Virus record (IMG/VR): IMGVR_UViG_3300009131_000004
Span: 1-35,207 of that record
Length of the DNA: 35,207 nt
Strand: one strand, 5' to 3'
Origin: a virus
Lineage: Duplodnaviria > Caudoviricetes
The notes below the pieces were generated by a model. It had not been told where the DNA came from. It saw only the letters and a program-made list of their open reading frames with translations, and made no database searches. The translations under genes were made by a program, and so were the position numbers. Of the stretch, positions 8,539-16,847 are shown piece after piece; positions within the stretch are counted from its first letter, which is position 1; every line of letters begins with the position of its first letter.

Positions 8539-8769
8539 ATGGCGGAAACAGCCTTCCAGTACTTCCAAGGCCGGACGAACTCCCGCGTCGTCAACCTCCT
8601 TGAACGCAACCACGACGTGAGCAAGGTGGTCCTCGGCCTGCTCGAAGCCCTCGTCCAGTTCGCTGACGACAAGGGCGTGCCCATCGAGCGGGTGAAGCTC
8701 CACGACGCCTACCTTGAGCCCACCGACGCAGGCTACGCGCAGTTGCGTGCCCGGTTCGTGGTTCGCTAG
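8539..8769 (+). CDS. Small hypothetical protein
   Basis: GAGG SD, 76 aa, typical codon bias. Confidence 0.7.
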   Translation: MAETAFQYFQGRTNSRVVNLLERNHDVSKVVLGLLEALVQFADDKGVPIERVKLHDAYLEPTDAGYAQLRARFVVR

Positions 8770-8854
8770 ACCTTCTCCCCATAGTTTCAGCCCTGCCCGA
8801 GGGAACAAGCCATTAGCTCGGCCGGAGGTGTCTTTCCGTAAGTTGTTGACCTGC

Positions 8855-8887
8855 TTGTAGATCCCGGCGCTTTCGCCGTGCTACAAC
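8855..8887 (+). promoter_or_regulatory. Inverted repeat / candidate promoter-operator upstream of protease-scaffold gene
   Basis: TTGTAG..CGGCG cttt CGCCG..CTACAA; TG-n-TACAAC ends 9 nt before an ATG that lacks an SD. Confidence 0.4.
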
Positions 8888-8896
8888 GCACGCGAC

Positions 8897-10426
8897 ATGG
8901 CACGGGTAGAGAAGCGGAAGTTCACCGCCTACACACCTCTCTCAGAGTCAGGTGCCCGGCCGTCCGAGAGGACGGACCGAGGGCGCGTCTACAACGGCGT
9001 CGCTCTCATCAAAGCAGGCCTCGGCAACCGTCGGGATCGCAACTTCTATCCGCCCGAGGTGCTCAAGGAGGCCGTGGACCGAGGTCTCTTCGACGGTCTG
9101 CGCGCGTTTGCGGACCACCCCGACTCGGTGTCCGAGGAGATCCAGCCCGAACGCACCATCCGCGACATGGTGGGCGTGTACGAGAACGCCCGCTTCAACG
9201 AGTCGGACAAGACGGTGCGCGCCGACCTGCGGATCCTCAAGTCTCAGAGTTGGCTCTCCGACACCATCGACGAACTGCTGGAGATCGGTCACGGGGACAA
9301 GATCGGGCTCTCAATCAACGGGCGCGGACAGACAACTCCCGAGCGCATGAGGCTCGCGGAGGCAGGCGACGAGGAAGTGGAAGTGAACCGCCTCCAGAAG
9401 TTCCTCGAACTGCGCTCAACAGACGTAGTAACCGAGGCGGGGGCGGGCGGCGGCTTCTCAGCACTGCTGGAGTCCGCACGGCGCGCAAAGGAGACCACGA
9501 ACATGGGACGCGATCAGATGCTCGCGGCCTTGCGTGAGGCCGTCCGCAAGGGCGATCTCGACGAGGCCAAGGAACTCGAAGCCAAGCTGGCCGAAGAGGA
9601 CGAGACCGACGAGACCGACACCGAAGAGGCCTGCGGCGGCAAGAAGAGGATGGCCGAGGCCGAGGAAGTCGATCACGACGAGGAACTCGAAGAGGCCACC
9701 GAGGAGGCCAAGTCCCGCGCCGACGACGACTCCGACGAGGAGGACGAGGACGCCGAGGATCTCGACGAGGCGGAGTCGGATGACGACGATCTCGAAGAGG
9801 CCGGGATGTTCGGCGGCAAGAAGGCCGCGCCCTTCACCTCCGCCGTCAAGAAGCAGAAGGCCTTCGCCAAGGAAGCCGCCATCAAGGCGGCCACGGGCAA
9901 GCCCACGGGCACCGTCCAGTCCGGGTCGGGCAGCTACGTCAAGCCGGCCAAGCGTGTCGGGAAGTCCTCGATGGTGGCCAAGCCGAAGAAGCTGTCCATG
10001 CGCGAGGCGAACTACGACAGCGGCGAGACCGGGCTCGCCGAACTCCGCGCGGAGAACGCCGTCCTGCGTGAACGTCTCGCCTCCTGCAAGGCCAAGGGCG
10101 AGCGGCTCAGCGAGGCCCTCCGCATCCGCTCATCTGCGGATCGGGCGAAGAAGCTCCTTCGCGAGAGCAATCTCCCGAAGAGCGTTCGCCCGCACCTCAT
10201 CGACTCGTTGCTCGGGCAGTCCGATGAGGAGATGCGGCGTGAGATCCAGCGTCAGGAGCGGATCATCGAGGCGGCGGCGCAGCGGGTCAAGGAGGACCTG
10301 CTCGGCGACGACTTCGAGTCCGTCGAAGGCGCGGGTTCGACCATCCGTGAGTCCTTCACCGGCTCGCGCGACGGGAACGATCTGGGCGACATCCTCGCCG
10401 AGGTCGGCCTCCCGATGAAGCGGTAA
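8897..10426 (+). CDS. Prohead maturation protease fused to scaffolding protein
   Basis: N-terminal protease motifs (N...YP..VL, FADHP, IGLSING, DVVTEAGAGG), then acidic and coiled-coil scaffold region with many LxE-A/S sites; upstream of the capsid genes. Confidence 0.85.
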   Translation: MARVEKRKFTAYTPLSESGARPSERTDRGRVYNGVALIKAGLGNRRDRNFYPPEVLKEAVDRGLFDGLRAFADHPDSVSEEIQPERTIRDMVGVYENARFNESDKTVRADLRILKSQSWLSDTIDELLEIGHGDKIGLSINGRGQTTPERMRLAEAGDEEVEVNRLQKFLELRSTDVVTEAGAGGGFSALLESARRAKETTNMGRDQMLAALREAVRKGDLDEAKELEAKLAEEDETDETDTEEACGGKKRMAEAEEVDHDEELEEATEEAKSRADDDSDEEDEDAEDLDEAESDDDDLEEAGMFGGKKAAPFTSAVKKQKAFAKEAAIKAATGKPTGTVQSGSGSYVKPAKRVGKSSMVAKPKKLSMREANYDSGETGLAELRAENAVLRERLASCKAKGERLSEALRIRSSADRAKKLLRESNLPKSVRPHLIDSLLGQSDEEMRREIQRQERIIEAAAQRVKEDLLGDDFESVEGAGSTIRESFTGSRDGNDLGDILAEVGLPMKR

Positions 10427-10503
10427 GCACATCGGAAACAAACGTCAGTCTGGTCTGACGGGGCGGGAGAGCAGGTAGCCCGCACCAGAAGGGTAGAGAC
10501 AAC

Positions 10504-10980
10504 ATGGCAACTCGTGAATCCATCAACCGCGTGAAGATCGAAGGCTGGCGCGTCAGCAGGGTGCCGGTCAACGCTTCCGAGGACATCTATCAGGGCGACC
10601 TGCTCTGTTGGGACTCGGCGAACAAGCGTGCGACTCGTCTCACGACGGCGGCATCGGGAGCGAACTTCGTGGGCATGAGCGACACGAAGAACTCCATCGA
10701 GACGGCGGGCTCCTCGACGTTCCTCTCGGCCTCCACGACCAACAAGGTCAACGTGATCCAGCAGGGTCTCGTCGAGGTCATCTGGGGGGCGAACGAGACG
10801 ATCTACCCGTTCGACACGGTGGCGATCTCGGGCACCGACGCGCAGACCTGCCAGAAGAGCGCGAGCAACGTCATCGGCTTCGTCGATCCGGCCTACGGGT
10901 CGGCCGGCAAGGCGGCGGTGACGGGTGAACTCATCCGCATCTGGCTGAAGGTCGCCGACAGCTACCGCGCGATGTACTGA
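10504..10980 (+). CDS. Head decoration/cement protein
   Basis: 158 aa between scaffold and MCP; IYQGDLL, FVG and IGFV beta-rich motifs typical of capsid cement proteins. Confidence 0.7.
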   Translation: MATRESINRVKIEGWRVSRVPVNASEDIYQGDLLCWDSANKRATRLTTAASGANFVGMSDTKNSIETAGSSTFLSASTTNKVNVIQQGLVEVIWGANETIYPFDTVAISGTDAQTCQKSASNVIGFVDPAYGSAGKAAVTGELIRIWLKVADSYRAMY

Positions 10981-10995
10981 CGCGCGGCACACGAT

Positions 10996-11021
10996 GAGGG
11001 GGGACGGAAACGTCCCCCCTC
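10996..11021 (+). other. Perfect 11-bp GC hairpin with GAAA tetraloop in the MCP 5' leader
   Basis: GAGGGGGGACG-GAAA-CGTCCCCCCTC; no adjacent U-tract. Confidence 0.75.
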
Positions 11022-11059
11022 CGGCACGCGGTTCTTTCCCGGTAGGAGTGAAAACAACC

Positions 11060-12091
11060 ATGCGCCCCACTGTGGTTCGCAAGTTGAACGAGGTCGCCAG
11101 CAATCTGGACTTCAACGATGCTGGCTTCTCGTTCCGGAGGCTGCGCGAAGCGGCCTACCGTATCGCGGACCTGTACGAGGCCAACAGCGAGAGCACCTTC
11201 GGGTACTTGCTGCGGTCGGCCGTGCAGGAGTTCGCGAACGACGTGTACAACGACCTGCCCATCATCTACCCGAACTTCGTCACCGAGGTCTCCTCGAAGC
11301 GACGGAGCGAGGTGTACGGTGGGCTCTACCGTCCGGCGCTCCCGAAGCAGTTGGACGCGGGTGAGAAGTTTCAGGACACCGCGTTCAAGGGCTTCGAGCG
11401 CGAGATCGTCAACCACAAGTACGGCCACATCGAGACGTTCGAGCGCGAACTCTTCGATGACGACCAGACCGGGCAGATCCGCAGCCGTGCGGCGAACCTC
11501 GGCGAGGGCTTCCGGATCTTCGAGGAGATCTACGTCCTCACCCGGCTGTTCGGCTCGACGACCACGCAGGAGGGCGTCGAGGTGCCGGCCAGCACCTACA
11601 ACTCTGGCTCCCCGTTCACCGTGGCCATCGGCAACAAGCCGGCCACCTACGCGCGCCTGAGTTCGACCACGCTCGAAGCGGCGCACGTGGCACTCCGGTC
11701 GATCACCGACCCGCTCGGGAGGAAGTTCCTCGTCATCCCGACGGTGCTCATCGTGTCGCCCATCGACGAGTTCCTCGCGTGGACGCTGGTCAACAGCCCC
11801 ACGCAGGCGTGGAACACGACGAACGCACTCTCCCACATGGTCAACCCGTTGCAGGGCCGCTACACGGTCTACGCCTCGCCGTTCGTGACGAGCAAGGCGT
11901 GGATGGTCGGCGACCCGAAGCGCGGGTTCGTCTTCCAGCGGCGCGATCCGCTGGAGATCGTGCAGGAGAACGTCCAGAGCGGGAACAGCTTCATTCAGGA
12001 GGTCTACGCCTTCCGCGCTCGTGAGCGGTTCGAGGCCGACTGGATCGAGAGCCGGTTCTGCTACCTCGGCGACGACGGCACCGAGTCGTAA
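11060..12091 (+). CDS. Major capsid protein (HK97 fold, Mu gpT-like)
   Basis: TAGGAG SD; KYG...F.RELFDDDQ.GQI, DPLGRKF.VIP..LIV.P and NPLQG..V..SPF motifs; followed by a terminator. Confidence 0.9.
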   Translation: MRPTVVRKLNEVASNLDFNDAGFSFRRLREAAYRIADLYEANSESTFGYLLRSAVQEFANDVYNDLPIIYPNFVTEVSSKRRSEVYGGLYRPALPKQLDAGEKFQDTAFKGFEREIVNHKYGHIETFERELFDDDQTGQIRSRAANLGEGFRIFEEIYVLTRLFGSTTTQEGVEVPASTYNSGSPFTVAIGNKPATYARLSSTTLEAAHVALRSITDPLGRKFLVIPTVLIVSPIDEFLAWTLVNSPTQAWNTTNALSHMVNPLQGRYTVYASPFVTSKAWMVGDPKRGFVFQRRDPLEIVQENVQSGNSFIQEVYAFRARERFEADWIESRFCYLGDDGTES

Positions 12092-12120
12092 CCCCCGTCG
12101 TCGGGGCACGTGTGAGACCA

Positions 12121-12163
12121 AGGCGGGGTTGGGTCACTGACCCGGCCCCGCCTGTTTTGCTTT
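12121..12163 (+). terminator. Rho-independent terminator after MCP
   Basis: AGGCGGGGTTGGGTC-act-GACCCGGCCCCGCCT followed by GTTTTGCTTT. Confidence 0.85.
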
Positions 12164-12175
12164 CCGGGGGATGGA

Positions 12176-12766
12176 GTGCTCGTCAAATCGTTCACACGGC
12201 GGGGGGAACCGGACCCGATCTCCGAGGTGCTCGGGGACACGCGGTACGCGACGCCCTACTACCCGCCGGGCCTGAGCGACCCCCGCATGAAGTTCCCCAT
12301 CGGGGTGACGCGGCACTACATGCTCATGGACCCGCAGGTCATCGTGGACTTCGAGCCATCGCCGCTCGACGACCCGCCGCAGATGCACTGCGAGGCGAAG
12401 CGGAAGTGGTGCCACGAGCACGGCATCGTGTACGTCCCCATCTTCCTCCGCGAGAAGCTCACGCAGGAGCAGTTCGAGGAGCGGGTGAAGGTCGAGCGGA
12501 GGGCACTGGCAGAGAGCGTCGTGCAGGGCAAGGCCTACGAGGAGGCCCCGGCAGTCGATGATGACGAGTTCAACAGACAGGTGGACAAGGAGACCATTGA
12601 CCGCTTCACCGTCGTGTTGAGGCACTACAAGATGCCTCCTGCGGCGAAGACGAGCTACCTGAAGAGGCTGAGGAAGGAAGTCGAGGTCGAGTTCCTCCGG
12701 AAGAGGCAAGATGGCCAACTGGGACGTTACGTCAGCTATCGGCAGCCTGCGCTCGCTTCTCGGTGA
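12176..12766 (+). CDS. Hypothetical protein (possible degenerate PD-(D/E)xK-like domain)
   Basis: 196 aa; VIVDFE...EAKRKWCHEHGIVYVPI resembles the C-terminal helix-strand of restriction-like nucleases. Confidence 0.65.
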   Translation: MLVKSFTRRGEPDPISEVLGDTRYATPYYPPGLSDPRMKFPIGVTRHYMLMDPQVIVDFEPSPLDDPPQMHCEAKRKWCHEHGIVYVPIFLREKLTQEQFEERVKVERRALAESVVQGKAYEEAPAVDDDEFNRQVDKETIDRFTVVLRHYKMPPAAKTSYLKRLRKEVEVEFLRKRQDGQLGRYVSYRQPALASR

Positions 12767-13349
12767 TGGTTCCACCGACAAGTTCGAGTTCAAGGCGAAC
12801 GTCTACCCGACGCCGGACACGGTGACGACCCGGTTCTTCGTCGGGCAGACTCGCCTCGTCCCCAACTCGCTGGAGGTCTTCCACAACGGCGCGGCCGTGT
12901 CCCCGAGCGGCATCACCGACATCGACACGGCCAAGGGCAGCTTCACCTACGTGCCGGCCCCGAGCGGAGAGGTCCTTGCCTCCTTCTACTACCAGTGGTT
13001 CACCGATGCCGAGATGCTGGAGTTCCTGAACGAGGGCGTGAACATGCTCCTCGGGCTGGAGAGCGTTAGCGGCGACTTCGCCATCGGCCTGCGGCCCACG
13101 CTCATGCAGTTCGCCTGCTACAACGCCTACATGCGGAAGGCCGCCGAGTTCGCCGAGGCAGTGGAGGCCTCGGCTGCCGGCTACACCTTCAAGCGGGATC
13201 AGGCCTCGCCGAACTGGAAGGAATTGGCCAAGGCCGCGATGGAGAACGCGCAGGCCAAGCTCAAGCTCTACCTCGACAACCCCGTGGGCTCAGCAGCGGT
13301 GCAACTCAGGTTCATCAGCTACGCACTCAACAGGTACGTGGGGCAGTGA
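12711..13349 (+). CDS. Head-tail adaptor (connector) protein
   Basis: Synteny; FTDAEMLEFL helix and helical C-terminal domain; N-terminal beta insertion. Confidence 0.65.
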   Translation: MANWDVTSAIGSLRSLLGDGSTDKFEFKANVYPTPDTVTTRFFVGQTRLVPNSLEVFHNGAAVSPSGITDIDTAKGSFTYVPAPSGEVLASFYYQWFTDAEMLEFLNEGVNMLLGLESVSGDFAIGLRPTLMQFACYNAYMRKAAEFAEAVEASAAGYTFKRDQASPNWKELAKAAMENAQAKLKLYLDNPVGSAAVQLRFISYALNRYVGQ

Positions 13350-13351
13350 CC

Positions 13352-13888
13352 ATGAACATCGATCAGGCAGTGGACCGCATTCTCCGGGAGTCGAACGTCC
13401 GGCTCTTCGGCACCAACGACTACGACGACCTCATGGAGGTGTGGAGCGACGCCGCTCGTGCCGCCGCAATCGCGGCACGGAAGGCGCGGGCTGGCGGGAA
13501 GGACTGGAGGCAGGCCGCCCGTAAGGAGTACGGGAGCTACAAGTCGGGGATGGATCTAGGCTTCCCCGGTGCCGGCGACACCAAAGGAGTCAAGCGTCAG
13601 GAGCGGGATGCTCAGAAGTTCGCGAACCAGCGGAACAGGCGGGCGGTGGGTCGCATGGTGGACAAGGCGGCCCGGAAAGCCGCAGCCAAGACCGGCGATC
13701 CGGCAGGGGCTCTGGCCGCTTTCAACAAGCGCACCCCGCAGGGCCGCATGTCGCGGATGAAGCGAGCGATGGCGGCGGGGGTCAAGGACACCCCCTCCAA
13801 GATCAGCGGAGGCGGCAGCCCGGATCAGCGCACGCCGCAGGGCAAGATGGCCCGGATGCGCCGCATGATGCAGATGGGGATCTCCTGA
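13352..13888 (+). CDS. Basic WSDAAR-motif protein
   Basis: ILRES..LMEVWSDAARAAAIAARKARAGGKDWRQAAR; RTPQG(R/K)M.RM.R repeated twice; alternative GTG start at 13346. Confidence 0.75.
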   Translation: MNIDQAVDRILRESNVRLFGTNDYDDLMEVWSDAARAAAIAARKARAGGKDWRQAARKEYGSYKSGMDLGFPGAGDTKGVKRQERDAQKFANQRNRRAVGRMVDKAARKAAAKTGDPAGALAAFNKRTPQGRMSRMKRAMAAGVKDTPSKISGGGSPDQRTPQGKMARMRRMMQMGIS

Positions 13889-13889
13889 G

Positions 13890-14297
13890 ATGTTCCGAGG
13901 CCTGCGGGCTCCCCGGTGGTTCGTGCAGCGCGACATCCACGCGCTCGTGCGGAGCTTCCCCTCCGAGCGCCTGACCATCGTGCGCCCGACCACCGTGGTG
14001 AGCGGCATGGAGACCACGACGACGGACACCGTGGTCTTCGTCGGCGAGGCGCTCTTCATCCCGCAGGGTGGCGAGGTCAAGCGGTTCGGCCTCGGGCAGG
14101 TCGAGGAAGACCGCCCGTACATCCTTGTCCCCGGCAACCACGACATCCGGCAGGGTGACATGGTGACGCGCTCGCAGATGCTCCCCGGTGGCGTCGGATG
14201 GGAGCCGCCGAGGCGGTACCAGATCCTCTACCCACCGAACCATTGGCAGGCGTTCACGGTCTGTACGCTGAACAACTTCGAGCAGGGGCAACTGTGA
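13890..14297 (+). CDS. Head closure/stopper protein (SPP1 gp16-like)
   Basis: 135 aa, beta-rich, DIRQGDMV...RYQI motif; synteny. Confidence 0.7.
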   Translation: MFRGLRAPRWFVQRDIHALVRSFPSERLTIVRPTTVVSGMETTTTDTVVFVGEALFIPQGGEVKRFGLGQVEEDRPYILVPGNHDIRQGDMVTRSQMLPGGVGWEPPRRYQILYPPNHWQAFTVCTLNNFEQGQL

Positions 14298-15082
14298 TCA
14301 CACCTGACTCAAACGGCGAATCGGAGATCGGGGAGAAGGGCTGGACCGACGAGGCCCGCGCGGCGGCCCTCGCTGCCCGGCGTGCGCTCTCCGGCAAGGC
14401 GGCGCGGGCTGACGCGCAGAACTCGGCCAAGCGGCTCATGGACGAACGGCGGCGGGTGATGGCGGCCCACAAGGCGGCCTCTGCCTCCTCGCACCCGCTC
14501 GACCAACGGCTCGCGAAGATGCACGCCGACAAGCTGGCGGCCATCGACCGGGTAGGCGCGAAGCTCGCGCCGAAGGTGAGGAGCCCCCGCAAGGAAGCCA
14601 TCAAGTCGGCAGGCCGGGCAGCCGGGCGCTTCCTGAAGCGGCTCTTCGTCAGGGAGGCCGAGGGCGACACCAAGGTCCTGCGTTTCGTCGAGGCGCTCGT
14701 GGTCCTCGTCGAGGGCACCGACCTGCACGAGGCCAACTACGCCACGCTCATGGAGCGGTGGAGCGACGCGGCGCGGGCCGCCGCGCTGGCGGCTCGGCGG
14801 GCGAAGAAGCGCGGGCAGAACTGGAAGGCCGCCGGCCGTAGGGCGTTCCTCGATGCGCTCCCTGCCTCGGAGCAGGCCCGTCTCCGGCGCGGGGAGGCCA
14901 GCCCCGGTGACAAGAAGCTCGCCGCCAAGTGGGCCGGCCGGTACGCCAGCAAGCCGGGCTCACGAGTCGCGCGAGGGATGCAACAGGAGTTCGAGCGGGA
15001 ACGGGGGGAGCGGAAGGCGGCACGGTTCGCGCCGAGGCCGAAGCAGCCGCAGGCGCTCCGGGATCTCTGGGCAAGCCAGTGA
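14294..15082 (+). CDS. Basic protein with two W[ST]D[AE]AR motifs
   Basis: GTGA-coupled start; EKGWTDEARAAALAARR (14342) and LMERWSDAARAAALAARR (14759). Confidence 0.75.
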   Translation: MITPDSNGESEIGEKGWTDEARAAALAARRALSGKAARADAQNSAKRLMDERRRVMAAHKAASASSHPLDQRLAKMHADKLAAIDRVGAKLAPKVRSPRKEAIKSAGRAAGRFLKRLFVREAEGDTKVLRFVEALVVLVEGTDLHEANYATLMERWSDAARAAALAARRAKKRGQNWKAAGRRAFLDALPASEQARLRRGEASPGDKKLAAKWAGRYASKPGSRVARGMQQEFERERGERKAARFAPRPKQPQALRDLWASQ

Positions 15083-15600
15083 GCGAAGGTGGCCTGCTTA
15101 TCACGTGGACGGGCATGGGCGAGGTCACGCGCGCCCTCGACGACCTCTGCGCCGCCATCAAGGTGGACGCGGAGGCGGCTCTCCACTGGTACGGGCGGAT
15201 GGCCACGAGCGAGATGAAGTCTCAGCACGAGGCCGACGCGCACGACATCCAGCGGTACGTGAACCGGACGTGGAACCTGACACGCTCCATCGCGTACGAC
15301 GTGCAGCGGTTGTCGGGCGAGACCATCCGACTGCGGATGTACACGCCCACGTGGTACGCCGAGCCCGTCGAGTTCGGCACGCCGCGCTCGCGGGCCTACC
15401 CGTTCTTCTGGCCGGCGGTCCACGGGCTCGAAGAGGCGGGACGGATGCGGGTCATCAAGGCCTTCCTCGGCGCGCTCTCGGCGCACGAGTCGTGGGTGAA
15501 GGCCGGTGGCGGTCAGGTGCGGGGAATGATCATGGAGGTGGACTTCACGGTGCAGGAGATCAGTGAGATTGGCGAGGGCACGCGGGACTTCCTGACGTAG
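15079..15600 (+). CDS. HK97 gp10-like tail completion/neck protein
   Basis: RTWNLTRSI and YAEPVEFGT...AYPFFWPA signature. Confidence 0.8.
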   Translation: MSEGGLLITWTGMGEVTRALDDLCAAIKVDAEAALHWYGRMATSEMKSQHEADAHDIQRYVNRTWNLTRSIAYDVQRLSGETIRLRMYTPTWYAEPVEFGTPRSRAYPFFWPAVHGLEEAGRMRVIKAFLGALSAHESWVKAGGGQVRGMIMEVDFTVQEISEIGEGTRDFLT

Positions 15601-15605
15601 CGGCG

Positions 15606-16016
15606 ATGGATGACATCAAGCTGAAGCTGCTCGACCTGATGCGGACCGACCCGACGCTGCAAGCGTACCTCGGTGGGTCCGTTACCGATCCGCGCGTCTA
15701 CATGTACTACCAAGGCGACGCGCTCATCGACTCGCAGCATCCGGCCTACATCACCTTCAGCAACATCTCGACTGGGGAGGCCGCATCTGCCGTCGAGGAG
15801 CCCGTGTTCTCCGTCGTCGTGTGGTCGCGTACGTGGTCACGCTGCGAGGAGATCCGGGACCGGCTGCGCGCACTCTTCCATAAGAAGATCTTTGTCACGA
15901 CGCCGGACTCGCGCAGAATCTACACCAAGTTCGTGGGCGAGCAGGACAGCTATCAGGATCAACCGAAGTACGCCGGCAAGACCATCAGGCTGCGAGCCGG
16001 TTGGAGCACCGTGTGA
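15606..16016 (+). CDS. Tail terminator protein (DUF3168/gp17-like)
   Basis: DPTLQAYLG...RVY...PAYITF...VVVWS...EEIRDRLRALFH pattern. Confidence 0.75.
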   Translation: MDDIKLKLLDLMRTDPTLQAYLGGSVTDPRVYMYYQGDALIDSQHPAYITFSNISTGEAASAVEEPVFSVVVWSRTWSRCEEIRDRLRALFHKKIFVTTPDSRRIYTKFVGEQDSYQDQPKYAGKTIRLRAGWSTV

Positions 16017-16318
16017 TCATCACCCCGAACTCGTGGGGCACTGACTTCACCGAGGCGTGGAGCGACGCCGCGAGGGCTGCGGCGGTTGCCGCACGGCGGG
16101 CAAGGAAGCAGGGGGAGGACTGGAAGAGGGCCGCACGCGCGGCGTACTTGCAGTTCTCAAGACCTTCGGAACGGCGGCAGGTTGTGCGTGGCCGTAGGGA
16201 CAGGATGAGGCCGGGGGAGGGCACGGCAGACCTGAGGCGTCGAGCCCGACGCTTCGCCCCTGAGCCGACGGGTGACCGGATGAAGGCGTGGGCGGGGGGT
16301 ACTTACCTCCCCTTCTGA
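16013..16318 (+). CDS. Small basic WSDAAR-motif protein
   Basis: GTGA-coupled start; FTEAWSDAARAAAVAARRARKQGEDWKRAAR. Confidence 0.75.
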   Translation: MIITPNSWGTDFTEAWSDAARAAAVAARRARKQGEDWKRAARAAYLQFSRPSERRQVVRGRRDRMRPGEGTADLRRRARRFAPEPTGDRMKAWAGGTYLPF

Positions 16319-16325
16319 AAGACCG

Positions 16326-16847
16326 ATGGCGAATGACATGGACACGCTCACGAGCCGGCTCGTGAGCGAACTGAGCGCCGGCCTGACGGGCAACTACGCG
16401 AACCTCTACGTCGCGCGGGGGCTCTTCCGTCCCGCATCGCTCCCGGAGTTCGACCGATACGCGATCATCGTGACCCCCGCGCCCCGGCCGTGGGATGAGC
16501 GTCGGGTGGCCGTGCCGAAGATTCAGTACACCATGCGGGTGGACCTCTACGCTCTCGTCAAGAACTGGGAGCAGACGGACAACCCGCTCTTCGGAACGGC
16601 CGCCGGGAACCGAGGGATCTTCGAGCTTGTCAACGACATCAAGGTCCTGCTCCGCCTCTCGAACTTGAGCGGCCTGCTGGATAAGACGTACGACGAGCCC
16701 GGAGGTGACCCGTCGGCGCAGGGCGCGGGAGGGATCGAGTTTCAGGACACGATCCCCGGCTTCGACACGGGCGAGCACGCGCTCGTCCATCGAGTCCGCA
16801 TCCCGTATCAGGCGCGCATGGAACCGTTCTGTCACCCCCGACTGTAG
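16326..16847 (+). CDS. Putative second tail-terminator-like/neck protein
   Basis: 173 aa directly before the tube gene; alpha/beta pattern similar to terminator folds. Confidence 0.55.
   Translation: MANDMDTLTSRLVSELSAGLTGNYANLYVARGLFRPASLPEFDRYAIIVTPAPRPWDERRVAVPKIQYTMRVDLYALVKNWEQTDNPLFGTAAGNRGIFELVNDIKVLLRLSNLSGLLDKTYDEPGGDPSAQGAGGIEFQDTIPGFDTGEHALVHRVRIPYQARMEPFCHPRL

Noticed and set aside
13436-16150. WSDAAR copies as a CRISPR array, DGR repeats or IS ends
   Set aside because: They are dispersed, in-frame and synonymously diverged; there are no regular spacers, adenine-specific variation, reverse transcriptase or transposase
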